A stretch of DNA of 64,000 nucleotides from a virus (lineage: Duplodnaviria > Caudoviricetes), in the IMG/VR virus record IMGVR_UViG_3300010392_001176, positions 1,815-65,814 of that record; one strand, 5' to 3'. Numbering within the stretch: the first letter of the stretch is position 1; each line of letters starts with the position of its first letter. The notes under the pieces are model-generated. The model ran no database searches, was not told where the DNA came from, and saw only the letters and a program-made list of their open reading frames with translations. A program made the translations under genes and the position numbers. Below, piece by piece: positions 28,959 through 39,171 of this stretch.

Positions 28959-29437
28959 TGGCCAAACCAAAGCGGACTCAAAAAGATAAACAATCTGCAG
29001 CACTCTCAGCCTTCAATCTCGAAAATCATCTCATAGATCAGATCCGGCTCAAACAAGTAGCCGATAAAAGTGCGGTTGACTTTGATCGCATTGCCACACA
29101 TCTACGCGAGTTGACAGGCCAAGAGATCAGTAAGGAGCTTCTAAAAAACTCCTGGGATCTAATGAGAGTTTTACTTGCGGAAGCGGTTGAGCTGCGCGAC
29201 AGAGCGATGATCCACCACATCATCAATGAGATCATCAAGCGCAAAGAGCCCAAGCAGCAGCACGTTAAGACTGAGGGCGAAGTCGATCATAAAGTTTTGG
29301 TCTTAGTCCAAGGTGTTGAGGAAAAAACTATTGAAGAGCTTATCGCCAGAAGAAACGCTATTACCGTCAGAGATAGCAAGGATCGACCAATTAGAGCTAT
29401 CCCTGATCGACGCGGTTCTGGAAAAAAGAAATCCTGA
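28958..29437 (+). CDS. terS: Probable terminase small subunit
   Basis: Directly upstream of TerL; helical with C-terminal QHVKTEGEVDH beta-strand typical of TerS. Confidence 0.5.
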   Translation: MAKPKRTQKDKQSAALSAFNLENHLIDQIRLKQVADKSAVDFDRIATHLRELTGQEISKELLKNSWDLMRVLLAEAVELRDRAMIHHIINEIIKRKEPKQQHVKTEGEVDHKVLVLVQGVEEKTIEELIARRNAITVRDSKDRPIRAIPDRRGSGKKKS

Positions 29438-30989
29438 TTTATTGTATGAGATCAAGATTGAGCCCTATGTCAATGATCCCGTGCTCTTCGCCAGAGAAGT
29501 AATTGGCATCGAGCCTATGGATGAGCAGATTCAATTTCTCACGGCGATCTCTGAGAGCGATCATGTCTCTGCGCGATCAGGTCGTGGTATTGGCAAGACG
29601 ACAGGGCTCTCAATGGTGATCTGGTGGTACATGGTTACGCGGCCACATTGCCGCATTCCCTGTACAGCACCTACTGAAAATCAATTGCGCGATGTTCTGT
29701 GGGCGGAGCTGAATAAACAGCATCGCCAAATGGAACCTTACTTTGCTGAACAGTTTGAGCTAACGACTGACAGGATCTTCAACAAAGAGCACAAAGCTAC
29801 ATGGTTCAGCGTCGCTAGAACCGCACGGAAAGAGGCTTCAGAGAGTTTTCAGGGTTTTCACGAGAAGAATATGATGTTCATTGTTGATGAAGCCAGCGGT
29901 GTGCCGGATGAAATCTTTGATGTCATGGAAGGGGCCATGACTGATCTTGGCAACAAGGCGCTCCTGGTGGGCAACCCGACCAGGACGTATGGCTTCTTTC
30001 ATTCTACTCATCACGAATATGCTGACAAGCCGTGGAAAACATTTCATTTTTCTAGTGAAGAATCAAAGCTCGTCGGGCGAAACAAGGTTTGGCTAGAGAA
30101 TATGGCTGATCGTCCTGGCGGCAAGACATCTAATTTTTACCGTGTGCATTGCTTGGGTGAATTTCCGATTGAGGATGATTCGACAGTAATTCCGCTACCT
30201 TGGATACAGGCGGCTGTGGATCGAGACATTGAATACATCAGGCCGCTCTCACATAGAGCCGTTGATTCAGTCGGCGTTGATATAGCTGCAGGCGGCGATA
30301 ATGATACCGTCTTTTGCTTCCTTAAAGGTGTGCGCGTGATCGGCCTTGTGGCTTATGAAAAAGAAGAAAGCATGAAAGCGGCTGGCCGGATCTCCGGCCT
30401 AACACGCAGGGGAGTTGAAACTAGAAACTTTCATGGTCAAAAGAGACAGCCCATTCCGCCGGAGCTCATCAGGATTGATGTTTGTGGTGTGGGTATCGGT
30501 GTGTACGAGCGCCTGATGGAGCAAGGTTTAGATGTCATGGGAATTGATGTGCGCGAAGCTACCAGCGATCCCACACTCTATGCCAACAAGCGATCAGAGC
30601 TGTACTGGCAACTCAGGGAATATTTTGAAGGCGGTACGATAAGCATCCCAAATGACAAGATTCTTATTCGTGAGCTGGCATCTCTAAAGTATGAGCTCGA
30701 TTCAAGAGGAAGAGTCCAGATTTGGAGTAAGCAGCGCATGAAGAAGGAAGGCATCAAATCGCCGGATCGCGCTGAAGCACTCATGTTGGCTTTCGCTGAC
30801 TATTATCCAGAGATTAAAAAGACAGCTCCAAAGTCATGGCAGCAGAAATGGATCGAGCATACTGAGAAGCCGCCACAAGATGAAGATCCTTGGCAAAAAT
30901 TCGCTGCAAAGGCGATGAAAGAAGATCGGATTGCAGATCAAGATGGGATGATCTTTCTGGATGAGAATTATGGTGATGATTTATGGTAG
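29313..30989 (+). CDS. terL: Terminase large subunit
   Basis: Walker A SGRGIGKT, Walker B FIVDEASG, GNPT, nuclease GVDIA and SPDRAEA; start uncertain. Confidence 0.93.
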   Translation: MLRKKLLKSLSPEETLLPSEIARIDQLELSLIDAVLEKRNPDLLYEIKIEPYVNDPVLFAREVIGIEPMDEQIQFLTAISESDHVSARSGRGIGKTTGLSMVIWWYMVTRPHCRIPCTAPTENQLRDVLWAELNKQHRQMEPYFAEQFELTTDRIFNKEHKATWFSVARTARKEASESFQGFHEKNMMFIVDEASGVPDEIFDVMEGAMTDLGNKALLVGNPTRTYGFFHSTHHEYADKPWKTFHFSSEESKLVGRNKVWLENMADRPGGKTSNFYRVHCLGEFPIEDDSTVIPLPWIQAAVDRDIEYIRPLSHRAVDSVGVDIAAGGDNDTVFCFLKGVRVIGLVAYEKEESMKAAGRISGLTRRGVETRNFHGQKRQPIPPELIRIDVCGVGIGVYERLMEQGLDVMGIDVREATSDPTLYANKRSELYWQLREYFEGGTISIPNDKILIRELASLKYELDSRGRVQIWSKQRMKKEGIKSPDRAEALMLAFADYYPEIKKTAPKSWQQKWIEHTEKPPQDEDPWQKFAAKAMKEDRIADQDGMIFLDENYGDDLW

Positions 30990-31246
30990 CTAGTCAGATT
31001 CTCCAAGCGGGAATCATTTTCGGAGTGGGGATAATCACAGCGATTATCCTCATTTTTTTTGGATTTGTCTTAGGCAGAAAGACACAGGGCGAAGATCCGC
31101 TGGCAGGCTTTACAGTCTTTAAGCCTGATGAGAAACCGCCTGAAGAAGATGTCTTTGAAAAGGCTCTGCTTTCACCAGAAGAAGGCGGTTATTCGGATGA
31201 TGAATTGGAAGAAATGAAAAGAGCAAGACCGTATGAGGGATTGTAA
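30983..31246 (+). CDS. Small membrane protein
   Basis: N-terminal hydrophobic helix, acidic tail. Confidence 0.6.
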   Translation: MVASQILQAGIIFGVGIITAIILIFFGFVLGRKTQGEDPLAGFTVFKPDEKPPEEDVFEKALLSPEEGGYSDDELEEMKRARPYEGL

Positions 31247-31702
31247 ATGAATATGCTAGATCAGATTGAGAATTATCAAGAGGACAGAAGAGTAATCCAA
31301 GTAGCCTGTGCCAAGTGCCGACAATGGATTGCTAACGCCCGCATAGGTGAGCTGGACCTACCACTCAAGGGCAGCATGTTCGAGCCAAGAATAGGCTGTG
31401 AAAGTTGGGAGATGCCGGAGCCAAATGCCACGGGAATGAATCTTATTTGCCCGCATTCTGTTACCGAAGATCCTGGGGATCTCCATCTTTTCGTACCTCA
31501 TATTCCTGGTAAGGAATTGGAAGCTGATGAGCTCTGTATCCATAGATCAGTTGAGACAATCAAGGTTGAAAAGAAGCCAGAGCCAAAGATTGAAAAAGAA
31601 ATTTGCCCTTGTGGTTGTGGCAACGAAGCCATCGTAAACCATAAAAGCGGTAATAAGTATGCTCATGCGGGCTGTCACCTACGATGGCTTTACAAAAAAT
31701 AG
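31247..31702 (+). CDS. Cys-containing hypothetical protein
   Basis: CAKC, CPH and C-terminal CPCGCG. Confidence 0.6.
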   Translation: MNMLDQIENYQEDRRVIQVACAKCRQWIANARIGELDLPLKGSMFEPRIGCESWEMPEPNATGMNLICPHSVTEDPGDLHLFVPHIPGKELEADELCIHRSVETIKVEKKPEPKIEKEICPCGCGNEAIVNHKSGNKYAHAGCHLRWLYKK

Positions 31703-31714
31703 GAGCTAATTAAA

Positions 31715-33730
31715 ATGGCTGAAAATCTGAAGCTCAAAAAACAGGCCATGCCAGATTTGACTGAGAAGGAAGCACAAGAAGTCAATTCTCTCCTACCGCC
31801 AGAGGGAGATGAGGAAGTTGGCCATACTGCCTTTGCAATCCTTGAAGCTGTTATCAGAGACAAGGATAGAAAGCGGCTGCCACAAAAATGGTTCCGTAAT
31901 TACGAAATGTATAGGAATCATCATTGGCGCTCTGGTCAATCTGCTCCCATACCGCTGGCTTCTATCAGCCTTATAAATACCCACGTTGAACGCACGACCA
32001 ATATTCTTACAGATAACAATCCGACATTTGATGTAGTTGGCGAAAATGATGAAGTCGCTGATAGACTACATTCAACAGCACGCTTTTGGTGGAATGAAAC
32101 TGAGCAACAAAGTGTATTCGCTGATAGTGTCAAAATGGCCGAAGTCCACGGGACCACCATTGAGAAAGTTATATTTAATCCATCGCTGAATAATGGCCTG
32201 GGCGAAGTCGAGACAATTGTTGTAGATCCGCATAACTTTGGCTTTTGGCCGCTCAATGAGAAGAAGGCTGAGAAGTGGGAAGCGGCTCTGCATTTCTACA
32301 CAATGCCTGTGAATCAAGCCCGCCGTAAATGGCCGTCCATGAAAAAGCTCATCAAGCCTGATTCTGAATGGAAAAAACAACTCGGAGAATTAAGGCGAGA
32401 GATCCACGGCGGATCTTCCAAACAATTACCGCGTGGCAGCTATGGTGATTTTGCTCGTGACCATGCTTTTCTAAAAGGTAATCCAGCGATCTTGAGCGTC
32501 ATGGGCCGTGGTGATGAGGTATTGATCCTAGAGCTATGGGTTAAAGACTACACGCTAGTCAAAGAACAGATGAATGAAGGCATAGCTGAGTTGGATTTAT
32601 CAACTGGCCAATTTGAAATCACAGAGCCGCCCATACTTGATAAAGTCCCTAAGTACCCAGGCTTTGTCAGAGTGGTTACAACGTGCAATGGCGGCGATGT
32701 TGTACTGAATGACAGGCCAAATCCTAGCATCAATCCTACCTTACCCAAGGAGAAATTAGCTCAAACCTTTCTCTATAATAGATTCCCTTTTACGCTGACA
32801 CCTTCAACTAAAGATCCGGTAAGTCCGTGGGGTTATTCTGCGATAGAACAGTTAGAGCAAATTAACATTGAAATAGATAAGTGCATGAGTCAATTAAATT
32901 ACATGAAAGATCGTATGGCTCGATCTCCATTGATTAACCCGAAAGATTCAATGATACCCAATTCTGATTTCAGTAATGCAGCTCGTATTGTTAATCCGAA
33001 GAATAGTGTAGTTGCCAAGGCTATTCGCTTCATGGAAAGTCCACCTGTTCAAAATGATATTCAGCTCATCTTAGGTGTATATCGTGAGCTCTTTGATAAG
33101 ATTGCCGGAACCTTTGATCTCACAGATCCCCAGGTAATGAAAGGTCGGCTTGCCTTTAAGACCGTGGCTGCTCTCTTAGAAAATACTCAAACTATGGTTA
33201 GAGGAAAAATCAGAAGCTATGGCCGTATGGTTCGAGATCGCGGCAGAATGTATATCTCTCATGTGCAAAATTGGTACACCGAAGAGCGTTTCTTTTTCCT
33301 AATAGAAAAGGGTGTGCCAACTCAAGGTAGCATTGTGGGGGCTGAATCTATTGAGCCAATTCACTTCCAGGTAGTAAGCGGCTCAACCATGCCGATGTCT
33401 CGGCTGCAACAAAGAGAAGAAGCCTTGGAGTTGTTTACTGCTCAAGCTATAGGAATACGGGAATTACTTGAAGCTCTGGAATGGCCAGATCGTGCTGAGA
33501 TTGCATCGAAGATGGAGATGGGTGTGGCTGGTCCACTCATTGAAAGAATGCAAGGCTTGGCGGTAGATCCGCGAGTGATTCAAACAGTACAGGAAGTATC
33601 TCAGATGGATGAAAGCACCTACAACGCATTATTGCAACAGGTAAAAGAATTTCAAGGTGAACAGGCTCAACAAGGAGCTCAAGGACTACCCGCGCCACAA
33701 GGCGGCGGCGCTGGTGGGGGAGAATTTTAA
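31715..33730 (+). CDS. Portal protein (P22-like)
   Basis: 671 aa after TerL; RFPF...PWGYSAIEQL...Q..IDK; GSTMPMSR; Gln-rich C-terminus. Confidence 0.85.
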   Translation: MAENLKLKKQAMPDLTEKEAQEVNSLLPPEGDEEVGHTAFAILEAVIRDKDRKRLPQKWFRNYEMYRNHHWRSGQSAPIPLASISLINTHVERTTNILTDNNPTFDVVGENDEVADRLHSTARFWWNETEQQSVFADSVKMAEVHGTTIEKVIFNPSLNNGLGEVETIVVDPHNFGFWPLNEKKAEKWEAALHFYTMPVNQARRKWPSMKKLIKPDSEWKKQLGELRREIHGGSSKQLPRGSYGDFARDHAFLKGNPAILSVMGRGDEVLILELWVKDYTLVKEQMNEGIAELDLSTGQFEITEPPILDKVPKYPGFVRVVTTCNGGDVVLNDRPNPSINPTLPKEKLAQTFLYNRFPFTLTPSTKDPVSPWGYSAIEQLEQINIEIDKCMSQLNYMKDRMARSPLINPKDSMIPNSDFSNAARIVNPKNSVVAKAIRFMESPPVQNDIQLILGVYRELFDKIAGTFDLTDPQVMKGRLAFKTVAALLENTQTMVRGKIRSYGRMVRDRGRMYISHVQNWYTEERFFFLIEKGVPTQGSIVGAESIEPIHFQVVSGSTMPMSRLQQREEALELFTAQAIGIRELLEALEWPDRAEIASKMEMGVAGPLIERMQGLAVDPRVIQTVQEVSQMDESTYNALLQQVKEFQGEQAQQGAQGLPAPQGGGAGGGEF

Positions 33731-34035
33731 TGCCACTCTATGATTATGAATGTACGAATTGCATGGTCGAAGTAGAGCTGCATACGGGCATAGATGAGCA
33801 GCCGCGCTGCAAAGTCTGTATGGAGCCCATGCGTAGGCTAATCAGTATCGGCCACGGCGGAGTTAAAAGATCCGATGCAGCATGGATTCGATCAGTTAAT
33901 GGCTATCTCAATGAGCCGGAATACCAGGGACACATTGAAACAAGAGAGCAGGCCCGCGCTCACATTGAGCGAGAGTATTCAGATCCAGATCCAAAAGTAC
34001 AGGAGCTCAAGAAAGAGTACCTGGAGAGATTCTAG
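33730..34035 (+). CDS. FmdB-family zinc-ribbon protein
   Basis: MPLYDYECTNC...CKVC...MRRLIS. Confidence 0.8.
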   Translation: MPLYDYECTNCMVEVELHTGIDEQPRCKVCMEPMRRLISIGHGGVKRSDAAWIRSVNGYLNEPEYQGHIETREQARAHIEREYSDPDPKVQELKKEYLERF

Positions 34036-34044
34036 GGGGCTGCC

Positions 34045-34212
34045 ATGCCTACACCAAAAAAGGGTGAAAGCAGACAGAGTTTTGTGAGTCGCTGCATTAG
34101 CACGTTGCGCCATGAAGGTGACGAGCGTGATAATCGCATAGTCTCTGGTCAATGTTTCGGCATGTATGACAGTTGGAAAAAGAAGCAGGGTAAGAAAGGG
34201 GGTAAGAAATAA
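34045..34212 (+). CDS. Small phage head-region protein
   Basis: Read manually: MPTPKKGESRQSFVSRCIS...KGGKK*. Confidence 0.55.
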   Translation: MPTPKKGESRQSFVSRCISTLRHEGDERDNRIVSGQCFGMYDSWKKKQGKKGGKK

Positions 34213-34481
34213 TGCCAGAAAAATATGGCAATCCTGAAGTGGCAGCCACGACTAGAAAAAAGGTCGTTACAAAAAAAGCTGTCCCTCAACAGCGCACAGA
34301 TACTCCCTTGCTTAGTCGTGTTGGCTTGGGAACGGGAGTAGCTGAAGCAGCATTTAAAGAAAGAGTTAAGACAGAAGTTGGTCCTGACTCCACGCAGCGT
34401 GATGTTTTGAAGGCTGCTGGCTTCACAGATAAACAGATCAAAGACTTTATGGAGAAGAAAAAGAAAGGGGGTAAAAAGTAA
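34212..34481 (+). CDS. Small basic protein with LKAAGF motif
   Basis: TAATG coupling; DVLKAAGFTDKQI. Confidence 0.6.
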   Translation: MPEKYGNPEVAATTRKKVVTKKAVPQQRTDTPLLSRVGLGTGVAEAAFKERVKTEVGPDSTQRDVLKAAGFTDKQIKDFMEKKKKGGKK

Positions 34482-34720
34482 TGCCGACGAAAAAAGCTAT
34501 TGCCGCTATACCCAAGACGCTGCCAATCCGAAAGAAAAAGAAGCCGAAGCCAAAGACAAAGCAGATCACGAGCACAGGCTTACAGCGCCAAGAAGATGTG
34601 TTGAAAGCTGCTGGTTTCTCAACTAGACACATTCAATCAGAAATGGAAAAAGCTATATTTGCGCGTGCCGAAAAAAGCAAGCGCAAGGAAGCTGCTGAGA
34701 AATTGGCCGCTGCACCTTAA
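34481..34720 (+). CDS. Small basic protein with LKAAGF motif
   Basis: TAATG coupling; DVLKAAGFSTRHI. Confidence 0.6.
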   Translation: MPTKKAIAAIPKTLPIRKKKKPKPKTKQITSTGLQRQEDVLKAAGFSTRHIQSEMEKAIFARAEKSKRKEAAEKLAAAP

Positions 34721-34745
34721 ACATTAACCCATATCTAACGACACG

Positions 34746-34776
34746 CCGCTACTCCATTGGACTAGCGGTTTTTTTG
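34746..34776 (+). terminator. Intrinsic terminator before scaffold gene
   Basis: CCGCTA...TAGCGG followed by T7. Confidence 0.6.
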
Positions 34777-34798
34777 TGTCCAAAGAAAGGAATGAACA

Positions 34799-35761
34799 AT
34801 GGAACACAATGATGAGCTAGACGCTAAAGACCAGCGCGAAGATGATGCCGATGCTGGTGTCGGAACGTCTGCCGACGATGCCGGAACCCACGATCTCGAT
34901 CTGGATGATTACGATCACCTAGAAGAAGATTCGCCGGACGCGGCGCTAAAAGCGGAAGAAGCAGAAGATGAAGAAGGGGATCTGACATCAGACGAGCAAG
35001 TTGCAGATGAGGAAGAGGAAGTCCCGCCGTTTCACGAGCATCCTAGATGGCAAGAGTTACTTGCCGAAAGGGACAAGCTCAAGACAGACCTTGAAGAAAG
35101 CGGCGCGACTGTAGAGCAACAGGCAAAGAGCATTGAACAGTACGATAGGTACATGCAAGCAGCGACAGCATTTCAACAGCCTGCTCAAGCTCACCCTGAT
35201 CCTGGGCTTGAGAGATTGCCCTTTGATGAAGTCCTGTCAATGTCGGATACCGAAATTTACGACGAGTTTCGGAACGATCCGAAAGGCTTTTTGCAGAGTT
35301 TTGGTGCTAGAACCAAAGCAGAAGCCATGCAGGAATTCAGACAAGAAGCAGCATATCAGGCTCAAGAATCTGCTGTAGCGCAAGGGCTCGAATCATTTGC
35401 GGAAGAAAACCCTGACTTTATGGATTTGGTTGAGACAGGGCAGATCGCAATGTTCATCGAGCGCAACCCTATCCACAATGCCATTTCAGCCTATCACTCA
35501 CTCAAATCATCTAGCAGCCAAGACACAGATCAATCGGCAATGGAAGCAAGAGAAACACAAATCCGTGAAGATGAGCGCAAAAAAACCCTTGCATCAATTC
35601 AGGCCAAGCAGGGAGCTACAGTTTTAGATGGTAGCTCTGCTACTGGACCAGAAGCAGGGGCCAATACTGCCATTGATCCTGAATTGCAAGACACAGCGAA
35701 ACATGGTGGTAAGCGTGCCGTCTTGACTGAACGCCTAAAGCGATTACGCGAAAGGCTGTAA
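34799..35761 (+). CDS. Capsid scaffolding protein
   Basis: Acidic N-terminus, coiled coil, position before MCP. Confidence 0.75.
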   Translation: MEHNDELDAKDQREDDADAGVGTSADDAGTHDLDLDDYDHLEEDSPDAALKAEEAEDEEGDLTSDEQVADEEEEVPPFHEHPRWQELLAERDKLKTDLEESGATVEQQAKSIEQYDRYMQAATAFQQPAQAHPDPGLERLPFDEVLSMSDTEIYDEFRNDPKGFLQSFGARTKAEAMQEFRQEAAYQAQESAVAQGLESFAEENPDFMDLVETGQIAMFIERNPIHNAISAYHSLKSSSSQDTDQSAMEARETQIREDERKKTLASIQAKQGATVLDGSSATGPEAGANTAIDPELQDTAKHGGKRAVLTERLKRLRERL

Positions 35762-35772
35762 GGAGATAAAAA

Positions 35773-36720
35773 ATGGCCTTAACCAGAAGTGAACTCGAAT
35801 CTGTCACCAGATTTCACTTCATCACCGATGGCGGTAAGGCATTCGATCAGTATTTCCTGTCGAATGGGCTCATCTATCGAGCCATGAAATCGCCTAAATA
35901 CCGTCCGAAAGGTGGTAGGCAGATTAAGGTTCCTCTGACTTATGACCGTCTGACAGGTGGATCATTCGACGGTGCGGATCAGTTTGATATTGCCCGCAAG
36001 GACATCATCAACTCCGCGCTCTTCGACTGGCGACACCAATATGTCAACGTGACGATCATTTGGACAGAAGAGCTCGAAAATGCGGGACCGGAAGAGGAAG
36101 TGGATATGGTCATAACGAAGTTGGAGAACGCCCAAGAGACAATCCGTTGGGATCTAGCCGATCAACTGTACTCAGATGGTACAGGGAATTCCGGCAAAGA
36201 TGTCGATGGCCTGGAAGCTCTCTTCAACACCACGACCTCAACTCCGTATGGTGCTTTGACGCAAGACGACATGGCGCGATGGTCGGCTGGTGTCACCACT
36301 ACTGCTGAACCGATTACTTCAGCGGTCCTGCGTACCATGCGTACCGATGCCAAAGTCGGTGATGCGATGATGGACAAGCCAAACCTCATCGTAACAACTG
36401 ATGCTTTGCTTGATAGCTGGCTTAATCAGCTCCAGACACAGCAACGCTTTGTGTCGTCTAGGGCTGCAAAGGCTGGCTTTGATGGTGTTTTCATGCTGGA
36501 TCAGGCTGAGATATTCAGCGATGGTAAATGCCCCTCTGGAACTGCCTATGCGCTCAATGATCGGCATTGGGGTTTCGCTGTGCATACAAGCGGCATGTTT
36601 GTAAGGACGGCCTGGAAGGTTCCGACCAATCAGGCTACCAAGTCCATGCAAATCCTGTGGAAAGGCAACATGATTTGTACCAGGAGAAACAGCCATCGGA
36701 AGCACAGTAACTTGGAGTAA
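35773..36720 (+). CDS. Major capsid protein (HK97 fold)
   Basis: GGRQIKVPL; LYSDGTGNSGKDVDGLEAL; strong RBS; after scaffold. Confidence 0.85.
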   Translation: MALTRSELESVTRFHFITDGGKAFDQYFLSNGLIYRAMKSPKYRPKGGRQIKVPLTYDRLTGGSFDGADQFDIARKDIINSALFDWRHQYVNVTIIWTEELENAGPEEEVDMVITKLENAQETIRWDLADQLYSDGTGNSGKDVDGLEALFNTTTSTPYGALTQDDMARWSAGVTTTAEPITSAVLRTMRTDAKVGDAMMDKPNLIVTTDALLDSWLNQLQTQQRFVSSRAAKAGFDGVFMLDQAEIFSDGKCPSGTAYALNDRHWGFAVHTSGMFVRTAWKVPTNQATKSMQILWKGNMICTRRNSHRKHSNLE

Positions 36721-36777
36721 ACAACTATCTGGCGGAGTGGGGCGGCGCGAACCGCCCCAACGTCTAGGAGAAAGCTA

Positions 36778-37518
36778 ATGAGTGCAGGAAGTAAATATGG
36801 TTTTGAAAGCACAACTGGACTAACCATTCAGCAAGGCATCTTTGAAGCATCGGCTGACATCAAGCATTCGATTGGAACACGGATGCAATTGGCTGATGGC
36901 AGGGTGTTTTACTATGCCAAAGCTGGAGCAGTTGCCCTATCCGCTGGCAAGCTCAACATGGCTGCCCTTGCAATCGCAGGCCATGAAGATAATCCCGTTC
37001 TTGCCGATGTTGCGGTTTTTGAGAAGGTCGTTACCGTCACTCCCGCAACGGCTGTTGTGACAGCGAATCAATATGCTGAAGGTTTCCTGTCATTCCGTGA
37101 TGGTCCAGGGGAAGGCCAGATGCGAAAGATCAAAAAGCATCCGGCTGCTGGAATTGCCGCCCCTGTGGAGATTACCCTGTATGATCCGCTTACTGTTGCA
37201 CTTACCGCTACGACGAGTGAAGCGGATCTCATCAAGAGTCCCTATGATGAGGTAATCGAATCTGCAGTTGAAGAGAACATTCCTTCAGGTGTTCCCTTGA
37301 TTGATGTGACGGAAGATTACTACTTCTGGAACCAGACATTCGGGCCTGCCAACGTACTGTCGGATGGAGCAATCGCCGCTGGTACGCTGGTTAATGCTGG
37401 TACTGCGGCTGGATCTGTGGCTGCACAGGCAGCGTTTCTGTTTCCGATGGTCGGTACTGTGATGCTGCTTACCGGAGCTGGCGAGTATGGCGCGGTCTTT
37501 CTGCGTCTAGCTGCCTAG
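36778..37518 (+). CDS. Capsid decoration/cement protein
   Basis: GTRMQLADGRVFYYAKAG and YYFWNQTFGP; position after MCP. Confidence 0.6.
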   Translation: MSAGSKYGFESTTGLTIQQGIFEASADIKHSIGTRMQLADGRVFYYAKAGAVALSAGKLNMAALAIAGHEDNPVLADVAVFEKVVTVTPATAVVTANQYAEGFLSFRDGPGEGQMRKIKKHPAAGIAAPVEITLYDPLTVALTATTSEADLIKSPYDEVIESAVEENIPSGVPLIDVTEDYYFWNQTFGPANVLSDGAIAAGTLVNAGTAAGSVAAQAAFLFPMVGTVMLLTGAGEYGAVFLRLAA

Positions 37519-37553
37519 AAGTAGTCAACAAAAACGGGTGAAGAAAAACAGGT

Positions 37554-37580
37554 GGGGGAGTCTTTGGCTCCCCCTTTTTC
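37554..37580 (+). terminator. Intrinsic terminator
   Basis: GGGGAG-TCTTTGG-CTCCCC followed by T-tract. Confidence 0.7.
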
Positions 37581-37655
37581 TTAGACATGGAAATATACAC
37601 TCACCATGCCTGTGGTGTGTTTGTACCCTAAACAAAGGGTAACGGGAGAAACCAA

Positions 37656-37913
37656 ATGGCCAATACTTATGACATACAAAAAATGACCAACATGGGCGAC
37701 ATGCGTTTCACGATCACCGAAGTAACTGGCGATGGTTCGACTACCAGCATTACCAATACTGACATTGGTATGCACAGAATCATAGCCGCGTGGCTGCAAG
37801 ACATTGATGATGGCGCAGCTCTTGGTCTGACTGTCACTTCAGCGACAGAGCTTACCTTGAGCGCAGGCATCGGCAGTACGCAAATGCAGATGCTTTTCGC
37901 CATTGGATACTAA
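37656..37913 (+). CDS. Small structural protein
   Basis: GGAG RBS; beta-rich; followed by GC hairpin at 37922-37945. Confidence 0.55.
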   Translation: MANTYDIQKMTNMGDMRFTITEVTGDGSTTSITNTDIGMHRIIAAWLQDIDDGAALGLTVTSATELTLSAGIGSTQMQMLFAIGY

Positions 37914-37962
37914 CAGATAGAGGGCGGCGGAAGCCGCCCCTTTCTATATAAAGGAAAGATCA

Positions 37963-39171
37963 ATGGGCGCAACTCTTAGTCTTTTGAGGAAGTATGTTCG
38001 CCAAGAGATCGACGATCCGGCTCCTTTGCGGAAACCTGATTCGAGCACCACCTTTCAGCATGACGGCGGTGATGGACTGACGAGTTACTTTTTGGATTCG
38101 TCTGAGAATTTTGATGATCTCGGAATCGTCGTGGGAGATGTAATTTACAACGTCACCGATGGCGGATCTCTCGCAACGATAAGAGCTATCACGGATGGCA
38201 TGGCTACTGACGACAGGCTGGAAGTGGATTCGATTGATGGTGGGAATGACAATGATTACGACGATGGTGATGTTGTCCAGCTCTATGATCGCCATGCTCA
38301 GAAAGGGCTCGATGGAACACGGTTTACTAACGCAGAAGTTTTGGATGCGATCAATCAGGCACAGCTCCAGGTAGCAAGAAAATTTGGCGGTGTTCAGAAA
38401 ACCGATCTCTTTCAAGACATCAAACAGCAAACCAAATTTGGCATTGATAATATCTCAGGAACCTTTGTTGTTAATGAAACGCTAACAGGTAGCAACAATG
38501 GCTATACAGCTGTCGTTGAAGTAGAAACATCAGACTTCTTTGTTGTCGAAGATTTTAGAGATGCTGCCGGAGACTTGGATACTACTGCGCTGTTCGATGA
38601 TAACGAAGTCCTTACGGGAAACACCAGCGGAGCTACTTGCCAAGTCAACTCGCCCGATGGATATAGCGTCAACAATTTCAATGTTGGCCAGAATCTACCT
38701 ACCGATCTCAAAACTCTTGAAGCTGCATATTACTGGAATGGTACTCATCGCCTGGGCTTGGGCAAACAATACATTCAAGAGCTCTTCAGGGCTGCTTCCT
38801 CTACCGGAGATCCATTAATCGTAAGCACCTGGACCAATAGCGACAAGATATGGCTCTGGCCAAATATAACCAGCAATGTCACGAACAATCTTCACCTGAT
38901 CTATGAGGGATGGCCAGCGGATCTTTCTGCAGATACAGATACTAGCGAGTTAGACATCTTGTATGAGCGCCTGCATATACTTTTGTCTGCAAGGATCTTG
39001 GCCGGACAGATGAGAGATAACGATATGGTAGCGCGGATCAGGCAGGATCTTCTCATGGAAATAGATGATGTCTTGTCAACCAGGAGCGATGAGCCTAGAA
39101 GTTATCGGCAAGAGCTCAGATGGGATCTCTATGATGAAACAGCATTCATAGATGGGGGGGGCGGCTGGTGA
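37963..39171 (+). CDS. Head-tail adaptor (tail tubular protein A-like) with inserted domains
   Basis: LRKYVRQEIDD...AEVLDAINQAQ...LPTDL...IWLWP adaptor pattern. Confidence 0.65.
   Translation: MGATLSLLRKYVRQEIDDPAPLRKPDSSTTFQHDGGDGLTSYFLDSSENFDDLGIVVGDVIYNVTDGGSLATIRAITDGMATDDRLEVDSIDGGNDNDYDDGDVVQLYDRHAQKGLDGTRFTNAEVLDAINQAQLQVARKFGGVQKTDLFQDIKQQTKFGIDNISGTFVVNETLTGSNNGYTAVVEVETSDFFVVEDFRDAAGDLDTTALFDDNEVLTGNTSGATCQVNSPDGYSVNNFNVGQNLPTDLKTLEAAYYWNGTHRLGLGKQYIQELFRAASSTGDPLIVSTWTNSDKIWLWPNITSNVTNNLHLIYEGWPADLSADTDTSELDILYERLHILLSARILAGQMRDNDMVARIRQDLLMEIDDVLSTRSDEPRSYRQELRWDLYDETAFIDGGGGW

Noticed and set aside
29313-29437. Programmed -1 frameshift joining TerS and TerL
   Set aside because: TerL is in the +1 frame relative to TerS; a simple overlap or later start is more parsimonious.
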